Below the pieces are notes generated by a model. It was not told where the DNA came from. It saw nothing but the letters and a program-made list of their open reading frames with translations, and ran no database searches. Of a stretch of 64,000 bases of DNA, positions 52,262 to 64,000 are shown one piece after another. This DNA is from Octopus bimaculoides. Its lineage: Eukaryota. Numbering within the stretch: position 1 is the first letter of the stretch; each line of letters starts with the position of its first letter. The DNA is taken from positions 11,379,567 through 11,443,566 of the forward strand of contig NC_068982.1 of assembly GCF_001194135.2 (NCBI RefSeq), in the 5' to 3' direction. The position numbers and the translations under genes were made by a program.

Positions 52262-54885
52262 CACACGCACACACACACACGCACACACACACACACACAC
52301 ACACATGCATGTGTGCACACATTAGAATACTTGAAGGATTGTATACAACATGAAATATTAAAGGTAACTATCAAACCACTGGCAAGATTGAACTTGCTTG
52401 AAAAACACCATTCTAAATACACATTCTATTAAATTGTGTTGTTAATAGCCTTTAGTAACTTAGCTGTTGTAAACAGCTGTATTACACTTGAATACAATAA
52501 AAGCAAGTTGATTCTTATGCAGCGAACAAATTAGGAAAATACTTTGCCAAATGGAAAATAAGGTAGTTAAATGGTGCTGCACAGCTAAATAAATATGTGG
52601 ACCTAAATTTTGCAGATTAATTTCAATTAGTGATAATTGGGTTGAATATAGATATCTTTCTACAAGCACAAAGATATTTGCATTCAAATTGAACATCGAA
52701 ATATTTTCAAAATTATTAATAAGAAAAAAAAGGCATTCAACAATTTCTCTTTTTTCTGTTGTGTGTGTTTTTTGTATAAATTAGATTACATAAAGATTAA
52801 CTGGTCTTCTTTGAAAGTACAATTATAATATCAATTCAAACCAACTTACATATTCCGACTAAATTGAACACAGATGGTTAAAAATATATACTAATTCCCA
52901 TTACAAAAACATCTGTGCCACTCAATACAAATAGCTGCTGAAGTACTGTGAATCAAAACATTAAAAGGAAAGCTGTTTGAGCCAACAAAGCACCTCTGTG
53001 CAGGAAAAGATGCAATGTATTAAAAGTAACAAATTAATTCAATATTTGAAAAAATATATATATTTAAATATTGAACTTTTGTTTAATATTTATTAAGATT
53101 TTTCTTTAAATTTAATTTTTTTTTTTTTTAGTATTTATGAATATGAATAACCATGATTTTTTTTTTTAGTCTGATAATTAAATGACTCACATATTTCTTC
53201 CATAAGAATACACCTCCATTGCTGGTTTAGCTGCTTAGATAATTGTGCTGATATAGTTGAAAATGAAGCATATGCTAAGAATTAAGGTTAATAGATTAAA
53301 CAGTAAATAGTTAACTGAAGGTGGCGGAGATGGGGGGGGGGAAGATGCCCAAGCTCAAATTAGGAGGGAGAGAACAGTAAGAATTGCTTATATGCAACAA
53401 ATTGAAATAAATTAGTCCAATTTGAAATAAACCAAAATAAGAAGCAATTATCTATTTCAATAACAAAGCTTTCCTTTTCATAGGAGAAAAGAAGACAGGG
53501 GCATTTGAGAAACAATACTTCTTCCTGTACTCATAAAATAACCAATAGTAAAACATAATGCAAATAGCTACTGTTTAAAACTACTTTTATTTTTTTGCTT
53601 TTTTTTTATAGAAACACAGTTGCAAGACATTCTTTTAACATTACATTAATGATTCCTTTCTTTCTTCTATTACTAAGTAATTGGTTCTTTGTAGAATGTT
53701 TCATGGTAGTTCAGCTCTTTGTCTAAAACATTACTATCCTAATACAGAAAACAAATAAATAGAATAAAAGTTTCGTCCATTTAGAATTTGCATTTAATTC
53801 ACCTTATTAAAAAGAAATTGATAGCATAAATGAATAATTAAGGAACATCATGATTTAAAAGTTTAAGATAACAAAATCCTCTAAAATATGACTATATTCC
53901 TATTTCTAAAAAATCAAAGTGAGGCTATCAAAAATAATCAAAGAGGGGTAAAACATTTCAATTCATAGAGAACCAATGATAGTTGAGTGAGAGCAATTAG
54001 CAGAAGAACAAGAACAAAGTGAGATTTTTGCTGGTAGACTCATATCTTACTGGATTAGAGCCAAATGTGAATGACACATTGATAATCAAAATCACATATT
54101 GAGACAAATGATCAACAAATTTTTAATAGCATGTAATCTATGAAATATCAACTCCTGAAAGCTTATACTAATTAGAGATCAAAATTTTTGCAAGCTATTT
54201 GAACTATCATTGACCTGAATAATGGTTATGACTTTAATTAAAATGGTTTAATTGTCTTTAATTTAATTGATGAGTAAACAGAATTTTCAAAAGAAAATAT
54301 AACTGTTGTAACACTTCTGGTTTTGATGAGTTTAAAGTTCTCTTGACAAACCTTCTTCTAAGAAGAAATATGTAAAGATTGCTAGAAAAGACCTAAAAAT
54401 GCATCCTTTTATTTTTTATTTATTTATTTATTTATTTGTTTATTTATTTATTTATTGATACAGGCAAAATTTCTGCAGAGAATAGGGTAGGATAATATCC
54501 TCTGTCTAACTGGTTTCTTTCTTTGGAGGACAGCTTACTGATTTGGCTTGTATGGTCTGTTGAATAATAAATCCTTTTCTATCAGAAAATTCTACCACAA
54601 CAGAATGGTGCTTTTTCTGGCACATTGGCAACATCTTACAGTGTTGACACTCAATGATAGAAGGTTTGCAACTCAGCCAGAGGGAAACTCCTTGTGATCT
54701 ACACCCTTTTACTGGTGAATTTTCCAACAAAGCCAGTTGCATCTTTTGAGTCAGTAAAATCATCCATAATGGAGTCTGCTTATGAGAGCTTCCTTAAAAA
54801 TGCAAATAAGTGAGCTACACAAGAAGATAGTATAGCCATGTTGTTTATAACAGTGGATGAGTACACTGCAACATTTAAAGACTTT

Positions 54886-55389
54886 GGATCTTTTTTAAAA
54901 CGGGGGCCACATTTTTCATTAATGTTTTACGTAGTGTTTTTGGTACCGAAAGACTTTCAAACTTCGTATACTTATCTATTTTGTGTTATAGAACAGAAAA
55001 ATATTTTTGTATTCGAATTTATTTCATGTAAAAAAATTGTCTTATTTCGATAATTTCAACCAATCACTGACAAGTATTCAGTTTATTTGCTTTTTTCTTT
55101 TTAAATTTGCTGTTTTACCCTAACCCTAACCCTATCACCGATAGAATTGTTTCAGAATCGTTTGTTTATGTAGTCGGCACTTAATGTATATCGGCTGGCT
55201 AAATGGACGTCAGTGATTGGTTGAAATTACAGAAATACGACAACTTTAACATGGAATAACTTAGGGATTTCTTTTTTTTTTTAAGAAGACTAAGAGAAAA
55301 AAATGTTTTATATGACACATTCTACCAGTGTTCCAAGTTTCAAAGTGTTTCGTTAATGAAAAATGTGGCCCCCGTTTTAAAAAAGATCC
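54886..55389. mobile_element. Second, longer copy of the same Merlin-like MITE; TSD AAGACTTT/AAGACTTC
   Basis: Same TIRs; first ~200 bp and last ~130 bp nearly identical to 41425-41826; 8-bp flanking duplication with one mismatch. Confidence 0.85.
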
Positions 55390-55890
55390 AAGACTTCTCT
55401 TACTCTGTGAATCTGAATCTACCAAATGAATATTATTAAAAAGGTGTTTGCTTGCCTTTGCAGAGTAGAGATTTAACACTCAAATCCAGTGGTGTGAAGT
55501 ATACAAAGAAAGGATCTGGTTGATCTATTTACACACACACACACACACACCTACCTACATATACATACACATAAATATACATATGTACACACACACTAGC
55601 ATGCACATACATACACAACCTCTCACACACATTTGTATGTATGTATATTTTTTACATTATATTCTTACACACCACATACATGCATACATAAAAACACACA
55701 CATATAAAAAAGTATGTACATATAACTACGTCCAATGAAATCTAGCAGGTCAAAAGTTCAAAGTTACTCTGACCAGTCTACTTGTAGAAATATACAATAA
55801 ATAGCAAATATGTGCTCTACAAATAGTATTGAGTTACCCTTCAGTTTAATGCAAAATTACTTTTATTGTAACTCAACATAAATACAAACA

Positions 55891-55924
<34 letters not shown>

Positions 55925-55931
<7 letters not shown>

Positions 55932-56428
55932 AGCATGCTGAGCAAAATGCCATTGCATTCTGAGTTCAAATTCCGCTGAGGTTAACTTTGCCTTTCATCC
56001 TTTCAGGGTTGATTAAATAAGTACCAGTTATGCGGCTGTGTGGTAAGTAGCTTGCTTACCAACCACATGGTTCCGGGTTCATTCTAACTGTGTGGCACTT
56101 TGGGCAAGTGTCTTCTACTATAGCCTCGGGCTGACCAAAGCCTTGTGAGTGGATTTGGTAGACGGAAACTGAAAGAAGCCTGTCGTATATATGTATATAT
56201 GTATGTGTGTGTATATGTTTGTGTGTCTGTGTTTGTCCCCCCAACATCGCTTGACAATCGATGCTGGTGTGTTTATGTCTCCGTAACTTAGCGGTTCAGC
56301 AAAAGAGACCGATAGATCAAGTACTAGGCTTACAAAGAATAAGTCCTGGGGTTGATTTGCTTGACTAAAGGCGGTGCTCCAGCATGGCCGCAGTCAAATG
56401 ACTGAAACAAGTAAAAGAGTAAAAGAGA
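55925..56428 (+). mobile_element. Truncated family A head fused to a young full-length family B SINE (56033-56428)
   Basis: ...aataagtaccagttatgc|ggctgtgtggtaag...; the B copy retains many CpGs. Confidence 0.85.
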
Positions 56429-56484
56429 GTAATCCCTTCACCCAAATTTGAGGCCATGTGCTTCCAGTAGAAAGAACTAATGTG

Positions 56485-56516
<32 letters not shown>

Positions 56517-57068
56517 AAAGATCTTCAGATGCTGGGCCTCACAGAGAAAATGACCTGGGATCGCGAGTTGTGGCGATTTGCTGTATTTGATAAGACATGT
56601 CAAGGTAGGTAAGATCGCTGTCTTCCATACATCCAGGTATGGTTTTTACAGGTTCTGGTGCCACATGAAATGCATTCATTCTGATGCTGCATAAATGCAC
56701 CCATGCGAATGGTATGTCTAAAGTGCCCAGCAGACTCTGTAAAGTGGTTGGCATTAGGGAGGGTGTCCAGCCACAGAAACCATGCCACAACAGACAATTG
56801 GAGTCTGGACAGATATTATCTTGATCTTATGATATTTACTTTGTATTATATTATACTTTTTTATTGTGCTTTTACTAATTAATTTTTCTATATTTGACAG
56901 TGGATTTTCATCGATGAGTTCATGAACCTTGGTTCTTTTCCCTAAAACTATATATTTATATTTTGTACTGTGAAGCATAATTCAATTTTAATTTTTAATA
57001 AATTGATTTTAAATTGAGTTTTTACCTGTAATTTTGGATTTTATCCCTAATATTATTATATATGTGTG

Positions 57069-57110
<42 letters not shown>

Positions 57111-57243
57111 GATTGACCGTTGACTGNNNNNNNNNNNNNNNNNNNNNNNNNNNNNNNNNNNNNNNNNNNNNNNNNNNNNNNNNNNNNNNNNNNNNNNNNN
57201 NNNNNNNNNNNNNNNNNNNNNNNNNNNNNNNNNNNNNNNNNNN

Positions 57244-57425
57244 GTTGACTGAACACTATTCAATTATTTTTCTCCGTGTTTTTCTCCTTGTCTCCGTATT
57301 CTTTCTGTTGAAGAGCGTAGCTCGAAACGTCAAAGACTTTCCGTATTCCCGAGCGTCATACTAATATATACTTTTGTTATTTACACCACCTGTCCTCGTC
57401 TGTTGTTGTTTTTTCGTATATTCTC

Positions 57426-57430
<5 letters not shown>
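57244..57430 (+). mobile_element. Penelope-type terminal (pLTR-like) repeat segment
   Basis: Contains CTGTTGAAGAGCGTAGCTCGAAACGTC; homologous to the reverse complement of 35608-35768; ends in (TA)n. Confidence 0.6.
57300..57336 (+). ncRNA. Minimal type I hammerhead-ribozyme-like motif (core variant U6)
   Basis: TCTTT-CTGTTGA-A-GAGC gta GCTC-GAA-ACGT-C-AAAGA: stem I TCTTT/AAAGA, stem II GAGC/GCTC, palindromic stem III ACGT, GUC cleavage triplet. Confidence 0.5.
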
Positions 57431-57460
<30 letters not shown>

Positions 57461-57584
57461 TATGTACATACATATATGCACATACCTACATATATATGTA
57501 TATATAAATGCATATATGGGTACAGGACATATATATATATATATATATGCACACACATATTTTTATATTTTTAAATGATATTGT

Positions 57585-58553
57585 GGTTGTGTGGTAAGAA
57601 CCTTGCATCCCAACCACATGGTTCAAGGTTCAGTCCCACTACGTGACACCTTGGGCAAGTGCCTTCTACTATAACCTCGGGCCAACCAAAGCCTAGTGAA
57701 TGGATTTGGTAGACAGAAACTGAAAGAAGCCCGTCATATATACATATGTAAATATGTATCTCTGTTTGTGTATCTTTATGTCTGTGTTTGTACCTCACCA
57801 CCACTTGATGTATTGGTGAGTTTACGACCCCTGTGACATAGCAGTTCGGCAAAAGAGACCAATAGAATAAGTAGCAGGCTTAACAAACAAACAAGCACCG
57901 AGGTTGATTCATTTGGCTGAAGCAAATTGTTCAAGGCAGTGCCCCAGCATGGCTGCAGTTTGATGACGGAAAGAAGTAAAAGATAAAACATATACAGTAA
58001 TCCCTCACTGTATCATGGTTTATAATTGAAGCTTACATTGATTCCTAATAATAAAATAAATATATACAACTTATAAAAATAATAAAAATAATATACAGTA
58101 CAGTACTGTTTCTACTTCGTGGATTTTCACCTATCACAAGGGGTTTTGGAACATAACATCCAAGATAGTCGAGGGATCATTTTTACTTTTACTGGAGCAC
58201 CACTGTTAGTCGAGCAAATCAACCCCAGGACTTATTCTTTGGAAGCCTAGTACTTATTCTATCAGTCTCTTTTGCCAAACCGCTAAGTTACGAGGATGTA
58301 AACACACCACCATCGGTTGTCAAGTGATGTTGGGGGGACAAACACAGACACACAAATATATACATACACATACATATATATATATATATATATACATATA
58401 GATGATAGGCTTCTTTCAGTTTCTGTCTACCAAATCCACTTACAAGGCTTTGGTCGGCCCGAGGCTATAGTAGAAGACACTTGCCCAAGGTGCCACGCAG
58501 TGGGACTGAACCTGGAACCATGTGGTTAGTAAGCAAGCTACTTACCACACACC
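57585..58553. mobile_element. Tail-to-tail SINE family B pair (+ 57585-57990; - 58190-58553)
   Basis: Family B motifs in opposite orientations, ~200 bp apart. Confidence 0.85.
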
Positions 58554-59039
58554 CAGAGAATTTGTTTGCTGCAAGTTGAAATTGTAGTCAAGAATTTTTG
58601 AGCAAATGTGTTACATGCTCACAACTAAATCTCATTGATGAAATGAAGGTAATTAATTTGGCATTAATTAACTATTGTATAAAATGCAAAATATCTCTTT
58701 AAGCGCAACCAATATTGATAATGTAAATTCCTTTTCATTTTGATAAAAATCCTAAACAGAATGAACGATAGATTTGTAGAAGAATTCTCATTTTATTTCC
58801 CAGTTAGTTTTTTTCCTGACAAATATTAAACATTGAACAATTTATTTTTAAAATAAAATCCTTTAAAAGTAATTATGAATATACAGGTGTCTCTGTGTGT
58901 GGCTAAGAAGCTTGCTTTCCCATCATGTGGTCTTATGTTCAGTTCCACTGCATGACTCTTTGGGAAATTGTCTTCTATTATAGCCCCAGGCTGACCAAAG
59001 CCTTGTGAGAAGATTTGGTAGATGGAAGGCTGTCTTACT

Positions 59040-59345
59040 TCGTTCCCACTTTCAAGTTCGTGCCTCACAGCGTTCATACACATAATTTTTCCCGTCTGGC
59101 CATATAGCCTTTTCTGTTTGTTTTCCTGTCTTGTTTTTTGTCCGCCACTACATTCCTCCATGGCAAGGTTTAATTTGTGTATACAAATTTAATTTGCGGT
59201 CCATGGGAAGAGCCGTTTTAGCGATGCATCCTGCCCAGCTCTTCGAAATGCCGGTGTTAAAACGGGGGTAGCTGATGAAGAAGAATGTTCTCTATGTGGC
59301 TTGTGTGTTTTCTCGTCTACGTTTTGTTTGCAATGTCCTGTACCC
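59040..59345 (+). mobile_element. Interspersed repeat, possibly Penelope-related terminal region
   Basis: CpG-rich non-SINE segment with GAAGAGC..GCTCTTC-GAAA and CTGATGAAG motifs followed by (TA)n. Family assignment tentative. Confidence 0.35.
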
Positions 59346-59424
59346 AGATATGAACCTATACATACAGGTGGATGTCGGTATGCACATACCTGTATGTATA
59401 TATGCATATACTCATTTACTATTT

Positions 59425-59468
<44 letters not shown>

Positions 59469-60684
59469 TTGGTGACTCTGACACTCAGGCTGTTTGGGCT
59501 TTTCCCGAGTATAAATTTATTAAAGTGAACGTGTATTTTCAAGCTGATTTAATTTCTGCCAACACTGACTTCAAGTATGTAATTGCAGCCCATAACTCGG
59601 GTTCCTTTTATTGATCCTGGTCGCAGTTCATTTATTTTTGTTCAGTGTCTGGCGGTCATCTCAGAGGTGCCCTGTGTCAAAAAATATCATTGGTAGCAGA
59701 CGTTCTCTTGACAGCATTCACACGTGCCTGACTCGGACTCAGATGTTACAACCCAAGAGTTGTTATCTATAATCGTAAAAATTAAAAGTAATTCAAATTC
59801 AATGTTTCTTGAAACTTACAAAAGATTGTCCTTCAGTACTTTATCCCTTGTCTTCCTGGGTTTCCCTCTTCAATGAGTTCCAGTCACTTTGAGTGATCAG
59901 TACTTCTTTATGGAGCTGTCTACATCCATCCATCCATCCATCCATCCACATCACATGATCAAACTAGTGCAGTCCTTTCTTTTCCACACTGCATCTAATT
60001 TCTCTTAAGTCTAACCTTTCTCTCAACATACTAACACTCTGTTGCACACATGCACTTACATTGCACATCCACTGAGCAAACTAGCCTCATTCCTCTCTAG
60101 TCTTTGCATTCAGGACCCACATCTCATTATCATGTAGAATTTTTGTTCATATACAAGCATCATACATATGTACATACTATATATATATATATATATATAT
60201 GTACTTCGATATAACATAGATGACTTAGATATGTTTCAGCCAAAGAGTGGTCCAGGCTATGTCTAACTTATCAACTTTAACTAAGATATGATTTGTTAAA
60301 TGGTGGCTTGGTGGTTGGTGGTGTTAGGAAAGGTATCCAGCTGTAAAAACCCAGTCAAAACAGACACAGAAGGCTCCTGCCTGTCCAGCTCCTGTCAAAC
60401 TGTCTAACGCATGCCAGCAAGGAAGGCAGACATTAAACGATAATGGTGATGATGGTGATGATGATGATGATGATGAGGAGGAGGAGGAGGAGAATTGAGG
60501 AGGATAAATATGTGTGTTTGTGTGTGTGTGTGTGTGTGTGAGATGAAGGTGAATGAAATTATTGAAATTGCAAGTTTAGAGCTGTCAGATTCAATGAAAT
60601 GGTTTCAATTCTAACCTGCAGTTAATTTTTAGTGATGAAGCAGAACTGTATCAATGATCAGGTCATCCACCTTTAAATGAATTC

Positions 60685-60911
60685 TTAAACCAATGAAAGG
60701 TGATTATAATAGATTCTATGAATTGTTAAAGGGCAAAAAAACGAGTCTTCTACAGTATTCTTGCTTTTGGTTTCAACAGTTACTCTCAGACCATGTCGCT
60801 TGCCAAACAAACACAATTCCAAAAGTTCATTTTCACTTATATCACTAATATTTTTGATACAGGCCTGGATATAATTCAATTTCCCTTCTAATAAATCTGC
60901 AGTATTTTTTT
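60685..60911 (-). CDS. Probable coding exon (terminal, or internal if the AGA|gtaact donor is used) of an unidentified minus-strand gene
   Basis: Strong acceptor atttatttttctatctttcatcttctaaag|, phase 1, then 74 open codons (G)KNTADLLEGKLNYIQACIKNISDISENELLELCLFGKRHGLRVTVETKSKNTVEDSFFCPLTIHRIYYNHLSLV* in non-repetitive sequence. Family not recognised. Confidence 0.55.
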
Positions 60912-61282
60912 CCTTTAGAAGATGAAAGATAGAAAAATAAATGATTAAAGAACAAAATTATTTTGATCAAAAAACATACAAATCCCTGCTTGACAGTAAG
61001 ATAAACTAACTGTAATAAAATTGAAGGCGGAAATGAAGCTAAAATGTGACTGAATAATAGACTTAATAATAGCTATTAATAGTATTCGTTAAATGCCTCT
61101 TAAGTAAAACAGGACATAATGACATTTGGGGAAATAAATATGTCAATACATTGAACATTTTTAATCTCTTGGTCTTTTGTGAGAGAAACCAGTCATAGAA
61201 TATTAGCAAACATACATATATTTATATGTACACATACATACATATACATACATAGACATATACATACATACATATATATATA

Positions 61283-61319
<37 letters not shown>

Positions 61320-61770
61320 CTATGTTTATATGTATGTATGTATGTATGTGTGCATGTCTATATATGAATATATATCTAGGGATACAGGAATGAGAATGAG
61401 ACTAGACAGGTGTTCAAAGTTGTTGGAGGACAGATAGTATAAATAAAATAACTTAAGTGGGTCTACAACATGAATTTTGAGTAAGTTGTAAAGGATGTAC
61501 TAAATGACTTCAATGACAGAATCCTGAAATGAAATTGTCATTTTTAGTTGGGGGAGTGAAAACAAACACAAAAACAGAAACTCTCCAAAAAAAAAAAAAA
61601 GATTAAGGATAAAGAAAAATATGAAAAGAAGGGAAAAAGGAAACAGATAGTTGTTAAAAAGTAAAAATTAATCTCACAACTTAATTTAGCATTGTGGGAA
61701 AAAGCTAATATTTTAGGAGAGAACTATGGGCATATTTTGCTTTTATTGGGACATTGGTACTCAACAGCAT

Positions 61771-61807
<37 letters not shown>

Positions 61808-61840
61808 AAGTGTGTATATGTGCACATATAAATGCATGTA

Positions 61841-61890
<50 letters not shown>

Positions 61891-62037
61891 TGTATGTATG
61901 TATATATGTATGTTATATATACACATATATGTACATATATTATTAGATAATAAAAGGTATTGTATATACCTGGTAGCATATCAGTAAAGTATGTTCACTT
62001 TCACAGTGCTCTCATTAACCAAATACATGTGTATATA

Positions 62038-62077
<40 letters not shown>

Positions 62078-62447
62078 AATTCATTTAAATGTTAGAGACC
62101 TCATTAGGGGATAATAAAATCCAGTGAATATACTGGTTTATTACCTATTACAAAAAGTATTGAATATTACATTTAATATTCAACTGTAAGTTAATTGGAT
62201 AAACCAGGGTTTATATGTATTTAAGAAAAATAAGAAAATAGAGATACTTAAATTAATATCTACATTTAGCCTCAGTAAGTCATAAACCCAAAAGAGAAGC
62301 ACACTCTAAGTTACAGAGAATTAGAGTAACTAGGATCTGAAGAAATGCCATAAAGCTAAGCGGTTTATGGACATGAAACCCAGGGTAACACCACAGACTA
62401 GCCATGATTATCTTTATCTAATTATACATACATACATATATATATAC

Positions 62448-62481
<34 letters not shown>

Positions 62482-63771
62482 NNNNNNNNNNNNNNNNNNN
62501 NNNNNNNNNNNNNNNNNNNNNNNNNNNNNNNNNNNNNNNNNNNNNNNNNNNNNNNNNNNNNNNNNNNNNNNNNNNNNNNNNNNNNNNNNNNNNNNNNNNN
62601 NNNNNNNNNNNNNNNNNNNNNNNNNNNNNNNNNNNNNNNNNNNNNNNNNNNNNNNNNNNNNNNNNNNNNNNNNNNNNNNNNNNNNNNNNNNNNNNNNNNN
62701 NNNNNNNNNNNNNNNNNNNNNNNNNNNNNNNNNNNNNNNNNNNNNNNNNNNNNNNNNNNNNNNNNNNNNNNNNNNNNNNNNNNNNNNAAAAAATCTGAAG
62801 ATTCAGAAAAAATTGGATTACACGTGTATAAGGGATGACCACTAGGTGGACATCTACACATATATATACATATTTATATATATAGGGTGGTAAATTGAAT
62901 ATTAATTCAATTTAAAACCAAGTGGCCTAGCATATAAAAAAAATCTGAAGATTCAGAAAAAATTGGATTACACGTGTATAAGGGATGACCACTAGGTGGA
63001 CATCTACACATATATATACATATATATATATATATATAATAATAATAATATAGATTTAATCAAAAGATTAAATGTGGTACTTAAAATGTTTGAGGTACCA
63101 GAATTTGGTAGGGTAAAAACCAAAACAGAATCAAGAGATTTGGTGAATAAAATTTGAAGTTAAGCAACAAAAATTCAATAGGTTATAGCAGTATGTATGT
63201 TTCATACAAGCTCCATTTATTCATGTAGTGAGAACACCACATAGAATGTACAACGAAAATGTACTCCTCAGCCACATAATGGAATTTCATTTTAGAAAGA
63301 CGTTTTGAAGATGTTTGCAAAAAACAAGAGTAAGAGAAGAAAACAGATAAAGGGATTAAGTCGATTACATTGACCCCAGTGCGTAACTGGTACTTCTTTA
63401 ATCGACCCCGAAAGGATGAAAGGCAAAGTCAACCTCTGTGCAATTTTAATATATGTAATATTAATAAACTGACATTCTCTCTATAAAATCCTGTACCTGT
63501 GTCTATTTAAGACTCTTTAAATGAATTATATAACTGGTCAGGCTGTATTTATATGTACGATGGAGAATCCCAAATAAAGATGTGAATGAATTTTCTAATA
63601 CAAATTTAGTTTTTACTTGACCGTCAATTATCCTTTCGACTTAAGAAAGGTGTTTAACAGTGGGCTGAAGCCTGGTGCAGTCCTCCGTCAAACCTTCCAA
63701 CCCATGCTAGCATGGAAAGTGGATGTTAAACACTGACAACAATGATGATGATATGTATATGTGTGTGTGTA

Positions 63772-64000
63772 TCTGGCTCGTTCCCCTGCTCCCGCCCACG
63801 CTGCCGCACTTGCCCTTACCTCTCCAACACCACCCTCCTCACCAGCACCCATCACCGACCCTATCGCATCACCGACTCCTTCACCTGCACGTCTACCAAC
63901 ATCATATATTGCCTCTCCTGCTCTCTCTGCCAATCCCTGTACATCGGACAAACGGGGCGCCGCCTGGCCGACCGATTCGCGGAACACCTCCGAGATATCA
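63772..64000 (+). mobile_element. Penelope-like element, GIY-YIG endonuclease region (5'-truncated, runs off the window end)
   Basis: Stop-free, GC-rich frame SGSFPCSRPRCRTCPYLSNTTLLTSTHHRPYRITDSFTCTSTNIIYCLSCSLCQSLYIGQTGRRLADRFAEHLRDI: CxxxxCxxC, FTCxSTNIIY, CxxC, YIGQT, RFxEH pattern typical of PLE GIY-YIG domains. Confidence 0.9.

Noticed and set aside
51268-52368. Two phase-compatible plus-strand mini-exons (RLSVLANIDYYFQKFLEA / EYLKDCIQHEILK)
   Set aside because: The second acceptor follows (CA)n with no pyrimidine tract, and no family is recognised.
54506-54830. 85-aa minus-strand ORF with an upstream acceptor-like site
   Set aside because: No recognisable motif; other frames suggest decayed coding sequence, more likely a TE relic.
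62789-63030. ~90-bp exact duplication (period ~150 bp) containing a CTCF-like CCACTAGGTGG
   Set aside because: Starts at a gap edge, so it may be an assembly echo; the motif is inside a repeat and lacks the canonical following C.
63688-63987. 99-aa Gly/Ala-rich minus-strand ORF
   Set aside because: Antisense shadow of the GC-rich Penelope GIY-YIG ORF.
1-64000. CRISPR arrays, rRNA genes or prokaryotic operons
   Set aside because: No regularly spaced repeat-spacer arrays or rRNA motifs; the sequence is eukaryotic and intron/repeat-rich.

Overview
AT-rich, microsatellite- and SINE-dense animal genomic DNA from a gapped short-read assembly (13 N-gaps). The repeat families resemble coleoid cephalopod (Octopus-like) repeats; this is inferred, not searched. 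Nearly all ORFs in the supplied track are microsatellite or N-gap artefacts. The one confidently recognisable host gene is an ARID5B-like gene on the minus strand: a 252-nt phase-0/0 exon (7616-7365, AG/GT bounded) encoding the N-terminal BAH-like region (FVGSPCGKHGSYIFYKAF...LYFLPKDTP...HGQ), which the ORF track misses. Its short first coding exon was not found (possibly in a gap) and no further exon was found to the left. The ~13 kb around it has no recognisable SINEs and retains CpGs. A probable unidentified minus-strand coding exon lies at 60911-60685. From ~13 kb to 64 kb the window holds several SINE families, two GG-ended MITEs with 8-bp TSDs (Merlin-like), TTAA-flanked piggyBac-like MITEs, and CRE-, RTE- and Gypsy-type relics. 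It also holds a young Penelope-like GIY-YIG ORF and Penelope-type terminal repeats carrying a minimal hammerhead-ribozyme fold with an unusual U at core position 6. Many local fold-back structures occur, including a ~95% identical 229-bp inverted duplication, which would be ADAR substrates if transcribed.
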